DNA of 64,000 bases. Origin: an uncultured Bacilli bacterium. GTDB lineage: Bacteria; Bacillota_I; Bacilli_A; RF39; UBA660. The stretch is taken from positions 629 to 64,628 of the forward strand of contig CANRKG010000005.1 in assembly GCA_947631155.1 (NCBI GenBank), in the 5' to 3' direction. Both the position numbers and the translations under genes were made by a program. The notes beneath the pieces were generated by a model. That model was not told where the DNA came from. It ran no database searches and was given only the letters and a program-made list of their open reading frames with translations. Each line of letters opens with the position of its first letter. Positions within the stretch are counted from its first letter, which is position 1. Positions 19,621-29,440 of the stretch are shown in pieces.

Positions 19621-20904
19621 ATGGCAAATAAAAAAGAAACAAATGAAACTAAAAAGAAAAATATTCATGAAATTACAATTAAAATTGATGGTGATGCATG
19701 GAAAGAAGCTTTAGATAAAGCGTTTAATGACAAAAAGAAAGATGCTAAAGTAGATGGTTTTAGAAAAGGAAAAGTTCCTAAAGATATTTATATTAAAAAA
19801 TTTGGAATAGAGTCTTTATTTATACCCGCAGCAGATTTAGTGCTACAAGATGCTTATACTAAGGCTATGGAAGAATCTAAATTAATACCTGTTGTGCAAC
19901 CCGATGTAAATCTAAAAGATATTAATGAAGAAGCTGTAGAATTTAGTTTTAAAATTATTACAAAACCAGAAGTTAATGTAAAAAAATATAAAGGACTAAA
20001 TATTAAACCAGAAAAAGTAAAAGTAACAAAAGAAGAAATTGAACACGAACTTTCTCATGTACTAGAAAGATATACAGAATTAGTTACTAAAGAAGGAAAA
20101 GTAGAAAATGGTAATGTTGCTGTTATTGATTTTGAAGGTTTTAAAGATGGAGTAGCTTTCGATGGTGGAAAAGGAGAAAATTATTCCTTAGAAATTGGTT
20201 CTAATACTTTTATTCCAGGTTTTGAAGACCAAGTAATTGGAATGAGTGTTGGAGAAGAAAAGGATATTAATGTTACTTTCCCAGAAGATTATCAAGTTGG
20301 AGATTTAGCAGGAGCACCAGTAGTTTTTAAAGTAAAAGTTCATGAAATTAAAGAAAAACAAACTAGAGAATTAGATGAAGATTTCTTTGAAGATTTAGGA
20401 ATTGAAGGTGTTGACACCAAAGAAAAATTAGAAGCTGAAATTGAAAAATCAATAAAAGCTCAAAAAGAAATGGATGTTGAAAATAAATATATTGATAAAA
20501 TATTAGAAGAAGTTTCAAAAAATGTTGAAGTTGATATTCCAGAAGAAATGGTAAATGAAGAAATTGATCGTTTAATGCGTCGTTTTGAAGAACAAATGAA
20601 AATGCAAGGAATTAGTTTAGATGTTTACTATCAATTTACTAAATCAACAGAAACAGATTTAAGAAATCAACTAGAAAAAGAAGCATATTCAAATGTTTTA
20701 TATAGATTGATGTTAGAAGAAATTATGGTACTAGAAAAGATTGAAGTAGCAGAAGAAGAAGCAGAAAAAGAAGCTACTGCTTTAGCTGAAAAGTATCAAA
20801 TGGAAAAAGATCAATTCTTAGAAAACTTTGGTGGAATTGATATGGTTAAATATGATTTAGAAATGCGTAAAACTTTAGAAGCATTAAAAGAATTAAATAA
20901 ATAA
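19621..20904 (+). CDS. tig: Trigger factor
   Basis: N-terminal ribosome-binding GFRKGKVP motif, central PPIase (FPGFEDQVIGM) and C-terminal domain. Confidence 0.92.
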   Translation: MANKKETNETKKKNIHEITIKIDGDAWKEALDKAFNDKKKDAKVDGFRKGKVPKDIYIKKFGIESLFIPAADLVLQDAYTKAMEESKLIPVVQPDVNLKDINEEAVEFSFKIITKPEVNVKKYKGLNIKPEKVKVTKEEIEHELSHVLERYTELVTKEGKVENGNVAVIDFEGFKDGVAFDGGKGENYSLEIGSNTFIPGFEDQVIGMSVGEEKDINVTFPEDYQVGDLAGAPVVFKVKVHEIKEKQTRELDEDFFEDLGIEGVDTKEKLEAEIEKSIKAQKEMDVENKYIDKILEEVSKNVEVDIPEEMVNEEIDRLMRRFEEQMKMQGISLDVYYQFTKSTETDLRNQLEKEAYSNVLYRLMLEEIMVLEKIEVAEEEAEKEATALAEKYQMEKDQFLENFGGIDMVKYDLEMRKTLEALKELNK

Positions 20905-21065
20905 ATGTAGGGAACGAATACATGAGTTCCTTTTAATTTGGTAAAATTAAAAAGAACTAAGTCAAATTTACATATTAAAATAAATGTCAAACAAAATTAA
21001 TAAAAAAGATTGATAATAAAATATTTTTTCTCCCGGTTATTATTCTACCGAAAAAGGTAATTTTA

Positions 21066-22190
21066 TTAAATTATACTTTTCCCACTACTTTTATAATTAT
21101 TATAACTATTTACAATTGGTTCATTAATTTCTACTTTCTTTTTATCAAAATCAACAACAGCGTTCACTCCATAGGGAATAATACATCTTGGTAGAGAATG
21201 TCCAAAATTTAAATTATATAAAAGAGGTGTATCAATATCTTTGAATACTTTTTTTAATATTTCTTTGTATTCTTCATAAAATTTTTCATCTTTTGGTTTA
21301 CCAAACAAAATACCTTTTACAGATTGAAGGATATTTCTTTTTTTCAATTCTAGTAAATACTCTTGTAATTCTTCTGGTTTTGGTTGTAAATCAGAAGTTT
21401 CCAAAAATAATATCATTTCCTTATATTCATCGATAGAAGGTAATATATTATATTTTTCTACTACTTCAGGTTCATAGGAAAAATCACCATTAAATCGTTT
21501 ACCAGTATAAGCATTATAAATCGTATCAATACAACCACCATATAAAATACCCTCTACAATACCATTGCCATTCAATAACTCAAACCCATGGTTTTCAAAA
21601 TTTGTTTTTCTTTTTTTTCCTATTTCTTCTATGCCATAAGAATCTCTATCACTGTACCATACCGGTGATGATTCAATTTCATATTGATTGGTATCATCTA
21701 ATAGTAGTTCAAAATATTTTTTTGTATAAGGTAACATTTCATAGTCTAACTCTGCAAAATCAGCAATGATAGATGGTCCATAAAATGTTTCAAGACCTAA
21801 TCGATAAAACATCAAATGATTCATTGTAGTATCAGAAAAGCCTAAAAAGACTTTAGGATTGTTTTGTACATTATTTATAAATTCTTGATCATTTAAAAGA
21901 TATTCATATGTTCTAAAAGTATCAAAGCCACCAATAGCTGTAATGATTCCTTTGATAGAATTATCTTTAAAGGCATCTTTTAAATCTTGAGCTCTTGCTT
22001 CTGGATGCTCATATAAATATTCAAATGACTGCATTGCATTTGGCATTATTTCAACTTCAAATCCATAATTATTTAATCTTTCAATTGCAATATCTAATTC
22101 GTGCTTTACTTTTGGATTACCAATTAATCCTCTTGATAAACTTACAATTGCTATTTTATCGCCTTTTTCTAATTTTTTTGGTTTAATCAT
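21066..22190 (-). CDS. S66 family LD-carboxypeptidase (MccF-like)
   Basis: Nucleophile motif FLGFSDTT, LFLETSD and FGHSLP triad-like motifs. RBS AGGAGG. Confidence 0.8.
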   Translation of the reverse strand: MIKPKKLEKGDKIAIVSLSRGLIGNPKVKHELDIAIERLNNYGFEVEIMPNAMQSFEYLYEHPEARAQDLKDAFKDNSIKGIITAIGGFDTFRTYEYLLNDQEFINNVQNNPKVFLGFSDTTMNHLMFYRLGLETFYGPSIIADFAELDYEMLPYTKKYFELLLDDTNQYEIESSPVWYSDRDSYGIEEIGKKRKTNFENHGFELLNGNGIVEGILYGGCIDTIYNAYTGKRFNGDFSYEPEVVEKYNILPSIDEYKEMILFLETSDLQPKPEELQEYLLELKKRNILQSVKGILFGKPKDEKFYEEYKEILKKVFKDIDTPLLYNLNFGHSLPRCIIPYGVNAVVDFDKKKVEINEPIVNSYNNYKSSGKSII

Positions 22191-22749
22191 TTTTTTCCTC
22201 CTAATAATATTCTATCATTTTTCTCTTTTCTTTCAAATTCTTTTCATTTTTCTGTTAATTTTGTTTGATTTCGATTTTTGCGCAGAGATTTGTTGAATAA
22301 TAAAAATTGAAATATTGTAAGTTTTGTCTAAAAGTTAAAGACAAGAAAACAAATAAGACCAAATAACAAATCTCCAAAAGCACTTGTTACTATTTTTGAT
22401 GTTGAAACTTTTAATAATATATTTTTTGGGGTCAATAAATACCAATCTAATGTAATTAGGAAGTTCAAAAATTCCATCAAAGAAAGATACCACAATACCA
22501 ACAATACCATAGGATGTAGAAGAAAAACCATTAATCCAAAAATATTCATAGGCATCCATCCATTTAATTCTCCAATGGTTTTCCCAAAATAGTACCATAT
22601 TATTAAGAACTCTATATTATTGAAAGCCATACCGATAACAGAAATAAGAAAAGAATAGTTTTTTTATGAAAAATATAGATATTTTCCTTTACTTTTTTTC
22701 TAAATTAATTATAATAATAAGCAGTATTTACTTAGGAGGTGAACCATAT

Positions 22750-25074
22750 ATGAAAACAAAACAAGTAGACGTTTTATTAATTCAAGATATGGTTTTATTT
22801 CCTCAGAATGAAGTTAGACTAGAAAGTGATGACAATAGTGATAAAGAAATTATGAAACTTGTTGATTCAAGTGAAGATAAATTAATATTAGTAGTAAATC
22901 CTATTATGGAAGAAAATAGTAAAGATATTACGACATTACCTAAAATAGGTGTTTTAGCCCAATTAAAATTAAGAATGGATGTGCCTAATGGTAAAACAAG
23001 AGTTCTTTTAAGTGGAATTAAAAGAGTTGAAGTTGACCGTTATATTCAAGTGGAAAATCGTTATGAAGCTGTTATTACAGATCTTTATTTGACACATTCA
23101 GATGATGAAGCCGTATATTCTAAACTTTTAGTTCAATCTTTAGAGGATTATATTCATTCTGTTCCTTATATGAGTAATGCGATTGTTAATCAATTATCAT
23201 CATGTAGTAATTTAGATCAACTATGTGATTTAATTGGTAGTTTCTTACCCGTTAGTTATGAAAAGAAGAAGCGTTATATAGTAGAAGTTAATCCTATTAT
23301 TAGATCTAAATTATTAATAGAAGATATGGCAGAAGATTTAAAATTAATTGAATTAGAACAAAAAATAGATAACGAAGTAGAAAAAGAATTAAGTGAGAGT
23401 CAAAAAGAATTCTATTTAAGAGAAAAGATTAAGGTTATTAAAAAGGAATTAGGTGATGTTAATTCTAAAGAAGATGAAGTGTCACTATTAAAAGAAAAAC
23501 TAAAAAAATTAAAAGCAAATCAAAAAGTCAAAGATAAAATTACGAAAGAGATTAATCGTTATGAAACTACTAATTCTAATTCACCTGAATTAGGAATGAT
23601 TCGTGATTATTTAGATTGGATGTTAAATTTACCTTGGAGTAAATATACTAAAGATGTAGAAAATTTATCTGACGTAGAGTATACTTTAAATTCATCTCAT
23701 TATGGTTTAGAAGATGTAAAATTAAGAATATTAGAGTATTTAGCTGTCAAACAAAATACTAATAATTTACGTAGTCCTATTTTATGTTTAGTGGGACCAC
23801 CTGGAGTTGGAAAAACTTCTTTAGCTTTATCAATTGCTAAAAGTTTGAATCGTAAAGCTGTTAAAATTAGTGTTGGTGGGATTAATGATGAAGCTGAAAT
23901 TGTCGGTCACAGAAGAACCTATGTAGGGGCTAATCCGGGTAGAATTATTCAAGGAATTAGAAAAGCAGGAACTACTAATCCGGTATTTGTAATTGATGAA
24001 ATAGATAAGATGCGAAAAGATTTAAAAGGAGATCCGGCTAGTAGTTTATTGGAGGTTTTAGATCCCGAACAAAACGCCAGATTCTCTGATCATTATATCG
24101 AAGAAGAATTTGATTTGTCTAAAGTTATGTTTATTGCAACAGCTAATTATATTGAACAGATTCCTTTAGAATTACAAGATAGATTAGAAATAATTGAATT
24201 GTCTAGTTATACAGAATATGAAAAACTAGATATTGCTAAAAATCATATAATTCCTAAAGAGTTAAAAGAACATGGGTTAACTGAAATTGAAGTTACACTG
24301 CAAGATGAGGCTATTTTAACTATTATTAGAAATTATACTAAAGAAGCAGGAGTCAGAAGTTTAGAGCGAATTATCGCTAGTATTTTAAGAAAAATCGTTA
24401 AGCAATTTTTGACTAATAAAGAAGTTGCCTTTATAGAAATTACAACCGATAATTTAGAACAGTTTATAGGTAAGAAAAAATATCAATATCAAGAAAAAGA
24501 GACTAAAAAACAAGTAGGGGTAGTAAATGGTATGGCTTATACTGCTTTTGGTGGCGATATTTTACCAATTGAGGTTACTTATTATAAAGGAAAAGGTAAT
24601 TTAATCCTTACAGGTTCTTTAGGAGAAGTAATGCAAGAATCGGCTCAAATTGCTTTATCCTATATTAAAGCTAATTTAAAGAAATTTAAAATTCTTTCTA
24701 ATATTATAGAAAATAATGATATTCACATTCATGTTCCTGAAGGTGCAACACCAAAAGATGGTCCTAGTGCAGGAATTGCTTTAACGACTTCTTTAATTTC
24801 TCTTCTTTCTGGTATTGCAGTTGATAGTAATATTTCCATGACGGGGGAAATAACTTTAAGAGGTAAAGTTTTACCAATTGGCGGATTAAGAGAAAAAGTT
24901 ATTGGAGCTCATCGTGCTGGAATTAAAACTATATTTTTACCTTGGGAAAACGAAAAAGATTTAGATGATATTCCAGAAGAAATAAAAAAAGAAGTTAAAT
25001 TTATCTTTGTTTCTAATTATAAGGATGTTTATGATAAATTATTTAAAGGCAAAAGAGTATATAGTGAAGGATAA
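22750..25074 (+). CDS. lon: ATP-dependent Lon protease
   Basis: LON N-domain, Walker A GPPGVGKTS, Walker B VFVIDEIDK, and protease motif PKDGPSAGIA. ATG 22750 follows GGAGGTGA. Confidence 0.93.
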   Translation: MKTKQVDVLLIQDMVLFPQNEVRLESDDNSDKEIMKLVDSSEDKLILVVNPIMEENSKDITTLPKIGVLAQLKLRMDVPNGKTRVLLSGIKRVEVDRYIQVENRYEAVITDLYLTHSDDEAVYSKLLVQSLEDYIHSVPYMSNAIVNQLSSCSNLDQLCDLIGSFLPVSYEKKKRYIVEVNPIIRSKLLIEDMAEDLKLIELEQKIDNEVEKELSESQKEFYLREKIKVIKKELGDVNSKEDEVSLLKEKLKKLKANQKVKDKITKEINRYETTNSNSPELGMIRDYLDWMLNLPWSKYTKDVENLSDVEYTLNSSHYGLEDVKLRILEYLAVKQNTNNLRSPILCLVGPPGVGKTSLALSIAKSLNRKAVKISVGGINDEAEIVGHRRTYVGANPGRIIQGIRKAGTTNPVFVIDEIDKMRKDLKGDPASSLLEVLDPEQNARFSDHYIEEEFDLSKVMFIATANYIEQIPLELQDRLEIIELSSYTEYEKLDIAKNHIIPKELKEHGLTEIEVTLQDEAILTIIRNYTKEAGVRSLERIIASILRKIVKQFLTNKEVAFIEITTDNLEQFIGKKKYQYQEKETKKQVGVVNGMAYTAFGGDILPIEVTYYKGKGNLILTGSLGEVMQESAQIALSYIKANLKKFKILSNIIENNDIHIHVPEGATPKDGPSAGIALTTSLISLLSGIAVDSNISMTGEITLRGKVLPIGGLREKVIGAHRAGIKTIFLPWENEKDLDDIPEEIKKEVKFIFVSNYKDVYDKLFKGKRVYSEG

Positions 25075-25124
25075 TAATCTTAAATATATAAAAAAATAAA
25101 TTAAAAGCATAATAACTAATAAAG

Positions 25125-25147
25125 GAAGAATAATTCTTCTTTTTTTT
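25125..25147 (+). terminator. Probable rho-independent terminator after lon
   Basis: gaagaa/ttcttc stem with a short loop, then a T8 run. Confidence 0.5.
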
Positions 25148-25179
25148 CATATTATTAAATGAAGAAAGAGGCGAAAAAA

Positions 25180-25965
25180 ATGAAAAAAATTATATCCTTC
25201 GAAAAAGAATTAGATTTTCCTAGTATGATAGGAGAAATTACATCTATTTCTTTAGATAATACTCTAGAATTTATAGACTCTAATAATATAGCTGGAGAAT
25301 TTAAAATTAGTGGTACTTATAAAATGACAGAAGCTAGTACTTTAGAAGAACCATTTAACTATGAAATCCCTGTCGATATTACTGTAGTAGAAAATTTTGA
25401 TTTAAGTAGTGTTAAAATAGGAATAGATAATTTTTATTATGAAACAATAAACGATGATATTTTAAAATGTAATATTGATGTTTTAATTGATGGCATAGAA
25501 GAAGTCATAGTCGATGATAAGGAAGATATTGAACCTTTAAAAGAAGTAGAAATCAAAGAAGATGAAATTGATATAAGAGAGTGTGATGGAGATAAAATGG
25601 AAACTAAAGAGATAGAAGTTGAAGAAATCTTAGATACTAAAGAAGAGGTAGCATTTAAACAAATAGAACCAGTAGAAGAATTAAATAAAGAAGTTATAGA
25701 ACAAAAAAGAGAGGAAGAAGAAATCTTGGAAGAAGCTAAAGAAGAAACTAATCCTAACAATAATATAAGTTCATTATTTGAAGCTTTTGAATCAACAGAA
25801 GAAACCTTTAAAACATATTCTGTATATATTTTAAGACAAGAAGATACGATTGATACTATTATGGATAAATATAAAGTAACTAAAGAACAATTAAGTGAGT
25901 ATAATGATTTAAGTAATTTAGAGATTGGTTCTAAATTAGTAATACCTACTACACTTGATGAATAA
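25180..25965 (+). CDS. SpoVID-like protein: N-terminal domain, acidic linker, C-terminal LysM
   Basis: C-terminal LysM (YSVYILRQEDTIDTIMDKYKVTKEQLSEYNDL..LVIP) and an E/D-rich middle. It is followed by a CotS/YsxE-like gene, as in B. subtilis spoVID-ysxE. Confidence 0.65.
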   Translation: MKKIISFEKELDFPSMIGEITSISLDNTLEFIDSNNIAGEFKISGTYKMTEASTLEEPFNYEIPVDITVVENFDLSSVKIGIDNFYYETINDDILKCNIDVLIDGIEEVIVDDKEDIEPLKEVEIKEDEIDIRECDGDKMETKEIEVEEILDTKEEVAFKQIEPVEELNKEVIEQKREEEEILEEAKEETNPNNNISSLFEAFESTEETFKTYSVYILRQEDTIDTIMDKYKVTKEQLSEYNDLSNLEIGSKLVIPTTLDE

Positions 25966-26869
25966 TTTAAAAGATATAGTTGATAAACTAAATTTAAATA
26001 TTAGATCATATCAAGAATTAAAAAAAATAAGAATATTAGATACTGATCAAGGAAAATATGTAATTAAATCTAGAGATAGACGCAATGATGATTTATATGA
26101 ATATTTGTCAAATAGGAATTTCTCATATATTTTAGAAAGAGAAAGAATAGATAATTATGACTTATTTCCGTTTATAAATGAAATTTCTCTTCCACAAGAA
26201 GAAAAGGCTATTGAATTAGTTTATATTCTAAGTTTACTTCATAATAAAACTACTTTCTATCAAGAAGTAGCTTTAGATAAAGTCAAAGAAATATATGAAA
26301 CATTAACGAAAGAGATAGAATATTTAAACTATTATTATCATGATTTACAAGACATAATAGAGCAGAAAGTTTATATGGCTCCAGAAGAATATTTATTAAT
26401 TAGAAATATTTCTCTGGTTTATTCTGCACTTGATTTTGCAAAATATAATCTAGATAAATGGTATGAATATAAAAAAAATCAAAAAAAAGAAAGAGTAGTG
26501 TTGTTGCATGGAAAGCCCAAACTAGATCATTTTTTAGTTGGAGAAAGTAGTCGATTAATTAGTTGGAATAATTATAAACGTGATTTACCTATATATGATT
26601 TTATATATTTTTACAAGAGTGATTATTTAGATTTAGAAATGTCTACTTTATTTGATACTTATCAATCTAAATTTGCCTATACAGAAGAAGAATTACTATT
26701 ATTTTTAACAATGTTAGCGATACCTAAAAAAATTATTTTTACACGAAATCATTATCATGATTGTTATGAAATATCTAAATTTGTTAAATACATGGAAAAA
26801 ACTAGAGACTTTATATTAAAAGAAAATAAGAAAACTGAGGAAACAAATCATTATGAATTCAATAAATAA
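25958..26869 (+). CDS. CotS/YsxE-like spore-coat phosphotransferase-family protein
   Basis: Kinase-like fold hints (LLHGKPKLDHFLV). Synteny after the spoVID-like gene. The start overlaps the upstream stop. Confidence 0.6.
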   Translation: MNNLKDIVDKLNLNIRSYQELKKIRILDTDQGKYVIKSRDRRNDDLYEYLSNRNFSYILERERIDNYDLFPFINEISLPQEEKAIELVYILSLLHNKTTFYQEVALDKVKEIYETLTKEIEYLNYYYHDLQDIIEQKVYMAPEEYLLIRNISLVYSALDFAKYNLDKWYEYKKNQKKERVVLLHGKPKLDHFLVGESSRLISWNNYKRDLPIYDFIYFYKSDYLDLEMSTLFDTYQSKFAYTEEELLLFLTMLAIPKKIIFTRNHYHDCYEISKFVKYMEKTRDFILKENKKTEETNHYEFNK

Positions 26870-27037
26870 AAGTATGGCATTTAACTTAGTTGTAATAAAT
26901 ATTAATATTAGAGCTTGATAAAAAATAACTACAAATAATATTAATAATAATAGTAAATAGAAAAGGCTTCCTCGTCTTTTTTGTTTGCAGTAATTACAAT
27001 TACAAAAGAATGTATGCTTAGGTCCTTTAAAATTCAT
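26816..27037 (-). CDS. Possible small membrane protein with N-terminal CxCxxC motif
   Basis: AGGTGAT lies 4-5 nt before the ATG (MNFKGPKHTFFCNCNYCKQKRR followed by TM segments). The 3' end overlaps the convergent gene by about 54 nt. Confidence 0.35.
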   Translation of the reverse strand: MNFKGPKHTFFCNCNYCKQKRRGSLFYLLLLLILFVVIFYQALILIFITTKLNAILLFIEFIMICFLSFLIFF

Positions 27038-27130
27038 GATAATCACCTATAATAATTTATGCTAAAAAAATATTTGTGAAACTATATTGTTTTATTTATT
27101 GATTTAGGTATAATAATAGTAGGTGATATA

Positions 27131-27550
27131 ATGAATAATAAAGGTTTTACATTAGTGGAATTATTAGTTACTATGGTTTTAGTAGGAATTATTAGTGGAA
27201 TTGCTTTTCCAGCTATTTCAAAATTACGTGATCAAAATAAAGATGAAGAGTATAAAGCCTATGAAAAAATTATTTTAAATGGCGCTAAAATTTATATGGA
27301 TGATAACGTAGATATATGGCAATATACCAGAAAAGAATCAAAGGCATTAAATAAAAGCGAATGTAAAAAGCTAACCTTTTCAGATTTATCGAAATATATT
27401 AAAGCCTATAACAAAAATGGAATTGATTGTGATTCATCATATGTAATTGTTAATAAGGATAGAGACTATAATATTACTTATCAGGCAGTTGCTATTTGTA
27501 AAAAAAACAGTCAAACAGTCTATAAAACAGAAACGGAAGCTAGTTGTTAA
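27131..27550 (+). CDS. Type IV pilin/pseudopilin with class III (prepilin) signal
   Basis: MNNKG|FTLVELLVTMVLVGIISGIAFPA is a canonical G-FTLVE cleavage/methylation motif. There are four Cys in the globular part. Confidence 0.85.
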   Translation: MNNKGFTLVELLVTMVLVGIISGIAFPAISKLRDQNKDEEYKAYEKIILNGAKIYMDDNVDIWQYTRKESKALNKSECKKLTFSDLSKYIKAYNKNGIDCDSSYVIVNKDRDYNITYQAVAICKKNSQTVYKTETEASC

Positions 27551-27568
27551 TTGTTGCAACTATTTTTT
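27541..27568 (+). terminator. Probable terminator after the pilin gene
   Basis: tagttg/caacta stem spanning the stop codon, then a T6 run. Confidence 0.45.
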
Positions 27569-27600
27569 CTAAAATTTGCAAAATCAGAGTGAATTGAGTC

Positions 27601-27629
27601 TTGACACTGTTAATTTTGAATACTATAAT
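27601..27629 (+). promoter_or_regulatory. Consensus sigma-A promoter of rubrerythrin
   Basis: TTGACA (27601-27606), exactly 17 nt, then TATAAT (27624-27629). Confidence 0.7.
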
Positions 27630-27685
27630 AAGTATTGTTAAAAACAATAAATATAGTAGTAGAAGTAAAGAAAGGAAGTATAATT

Positions 27686-28228
27686 ATGGAATTAGAAGGA
27701 AGTAAAACACAAGCAAACTTGATGGCAGCATTTGCTGGAGAAAGTCAGGCTAGAAACAAATATACTTATTATGCAAGTAAAGCTAAAAAAGATGGATATG
27801 AACAATTAGCTGCAATTTTTTTAGAAACAGCTGAAAATGAAAAAGAACATGCAAAATTATGGTTTAAAGAATTACATGGTGGCGATATTCCAGATACAGC
27901 TACTAATTTAGAAGATGCTGCAGCTGGTGAAAACTATGAATGGACTGAAATGTATAAGGATTTTGCTAAAACAGCTAGAGAAGAAGGTTTTGATAGAATT
28001 GCTAAATTATTTGAGATGGTTGGAGAAATTGAAAAAGAACATGAAAAGAGATACTTGACATTACTTCAAAATCTTAAAGATGATCGTATTTTCCATAAAA
28101 ATGGAAATAAAATTTGGGTATGTCGTAACTGTGGATATGTCTATGAAGGTAGTGATGCTTTAGAAGTATGTCCAGTATGTAAACATCCACAAAGCTTTAT
28201 GGAAGTTAAAGCTGATAATTACGAATAA
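27686..28228 (+). CDS. rbr: Rubrerythrin
   Basis: Ferritin-like di-iron motifs ([22 protein letters not shown]) plus a C-terminal rubredoxin-like CRNCGY...CPVCKHP. Confidence 0.92.
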   Translation: MELEGSKTQANLMAAFAGESQARNKYTYYASKAKKDGYEQLAAIFLETAENEKEHAKLWFKELHGGDIPDTATNLEDAAAGENYEWTEMYKDFAKTAREEGFDRIAKLFEMVGEIEKEHEKRYLTLLQNLKDDRIFHKNGNKIWVCRNCGYVYEGSDALEVCPVCKHPQSFMEVKADNYE

Positions 28229-28233
28229 TAAAT

Positions 28234-28272
28234 AATAAAGACTATTGATTATTTTTATCAATAGTCTTTATT
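28234..28272. terminator. Bidirectional terminator hairpin between convergent genes
   Basis: Perfect 16-bp stem aataaagactattgat/atcaatagtctttatt with a 7-nt loop and A/T runs on both sides. Confidence 0.75.
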
Positions 28273-28280
28273 ATTAATAT

Positions 28281-28664
28281 TTAATTAAAAGCAATTTCTA
28301 CTTCAACATTAGTATCAGTGATGGCTATATATAAAAAGATAAGGCCACTAATTAAAATTAAACTAGAACCTAAAAGACTTAATTTATTTAGGTCTTTTTT
28401 TAATTTAGAATCAGTTATTTTTAAATTTTGTACGCCCTTATAATTATCAATAAAAAAATATAAATAAATAATAGTAGCGATAGTGAAAATTAAAATATTA
28501 ACCTTACGGTATTTATTTTTACTATAATTATCTTGAAATAATATAAATTGTTTTTCTAATTTATTACCATATAAACAAATCGCTATTAAAATGATATAGA
28601 TTAGCCAAACTATATTTTCAATTTTAATTTGTTTTAAACGTTCCATTTTATCTTCTAATGTCAT
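28281..28664 (-). CDS. Small 3-TM membrane protein, paralogue of 28996-29355
   Basis: ENIVWLIYIILIAICLYGNKLEKQ aligns with ENLIWISFIIISFLDIYGDELIKK in the paralogue. No SD; the upstream ATATATTTTA element is shared. Confidence 0.55.
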   Translation of the reverse strand: MTLEDKMERLKQIKIENIVWLIYIILIAICLYGNKLEKQFILFQDNYSKNKYRKVNILIFTIATIIYLYFFIDNYKGVQNLKITDSKLKKDLNKLSLLGSSLILISGLIFLYIAITDTNVEVEIAFN

Positions 28665-28715
28665 ATTAAAATATATTCTAAAATTATAAATAATATAATT
28701 TTATAGGTGGTTGGT

Positions 28716-29006
28716 ATGAATTTAATTCCAAATATTTCTCCAAAAGCTTTTTCATTTAGTGCAGTTGTTGTTGGATATTTATTGATTGATGATTTAACAG
28801 CTAATGAACAAAATGCTTTAGGTAACTGGTTAATGTTAACCGCGCAAGTATTATGTACTAATGCTTATTATAAACAAGTTCAGCAAGAAAGAAAAAATAA
28901 CCAAGAACAATATAATAAAATGTCTAATGAAGATAATATCGAAATGTTAAAAAAGATGGTTAATGCTCTTAATCAAGAAATTGAGAATTTAAAAGCTAAA
29001 CGTTAG
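28716..29006 (+). CDS. Hypothetical small protein (one hydrophobic segment plus coiled-coil tail)
   Basis: ATG 28716 lies 7 nt after AGGTGG. No recognisable family. Confidence 0.5.
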   Translation: MNLIPNISPKAFSFSAVVVGYLLIDDLTANEQNALGNWLMLTAQVLCTNAYYKQVQQERKNNQEQYNKMSNEDNIEMLKKMVNALNQEIENLKAKR

Positions 29007-29355
29007 AAGCAGAATCAATAGGTGAGGTATTGTTTTTTTGATAATAAAGTAAACAGAAAGTTCCAATTAAAATTAAAAAACTGCCAATTAAACGAATTTG
29101 ATAGTTTTTATTATGATGTTTTTTATAATCATGGTAATTTCTACACAGAAAATATATGTATATTAAAATCGAAAAGTAGCTAATTTTTAAAAATAAGTTA
29201 TTGGCTTTAGATAATCTTTTATTATCGTGATAAATTACTCCTTTTTTTATTAATTCATCGCCATAAATGTCTAAGAAAGATATAATTATAAAACTTATCC
29301 AAATTAAATTTTCGAAGCTTAATCTCTTAACTAGTTCATCAACATTATTGTTCAT
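28996..29355 (-). CDS. Small 3-TM membrane protein, paralogue of 28281-28664
   Basis: See the paralogue alignment for 28281-28664. The 3' end overlaps the convergent ORF by 11 nt. Confidence 0.55.
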   Translation of the reverse strand: MNNNVDELVKRLSFENLIWISFIIISFLDIYGDELIKKGVIYHDNKRLSKANNLFLKISYFSILIYIYFLCRNYHDYKKHHNKNYQIRLIGSFLILIGTFCLLYYQKNNTSPIDSASNV

Positions 29356-29440
29356 AATAAAATATATGTTTTATAATAGATTTATATTTAATTATATGTT
29401 ATTCTGAAAATAAGTATAAATATTGAAGTGAGATGAGATT

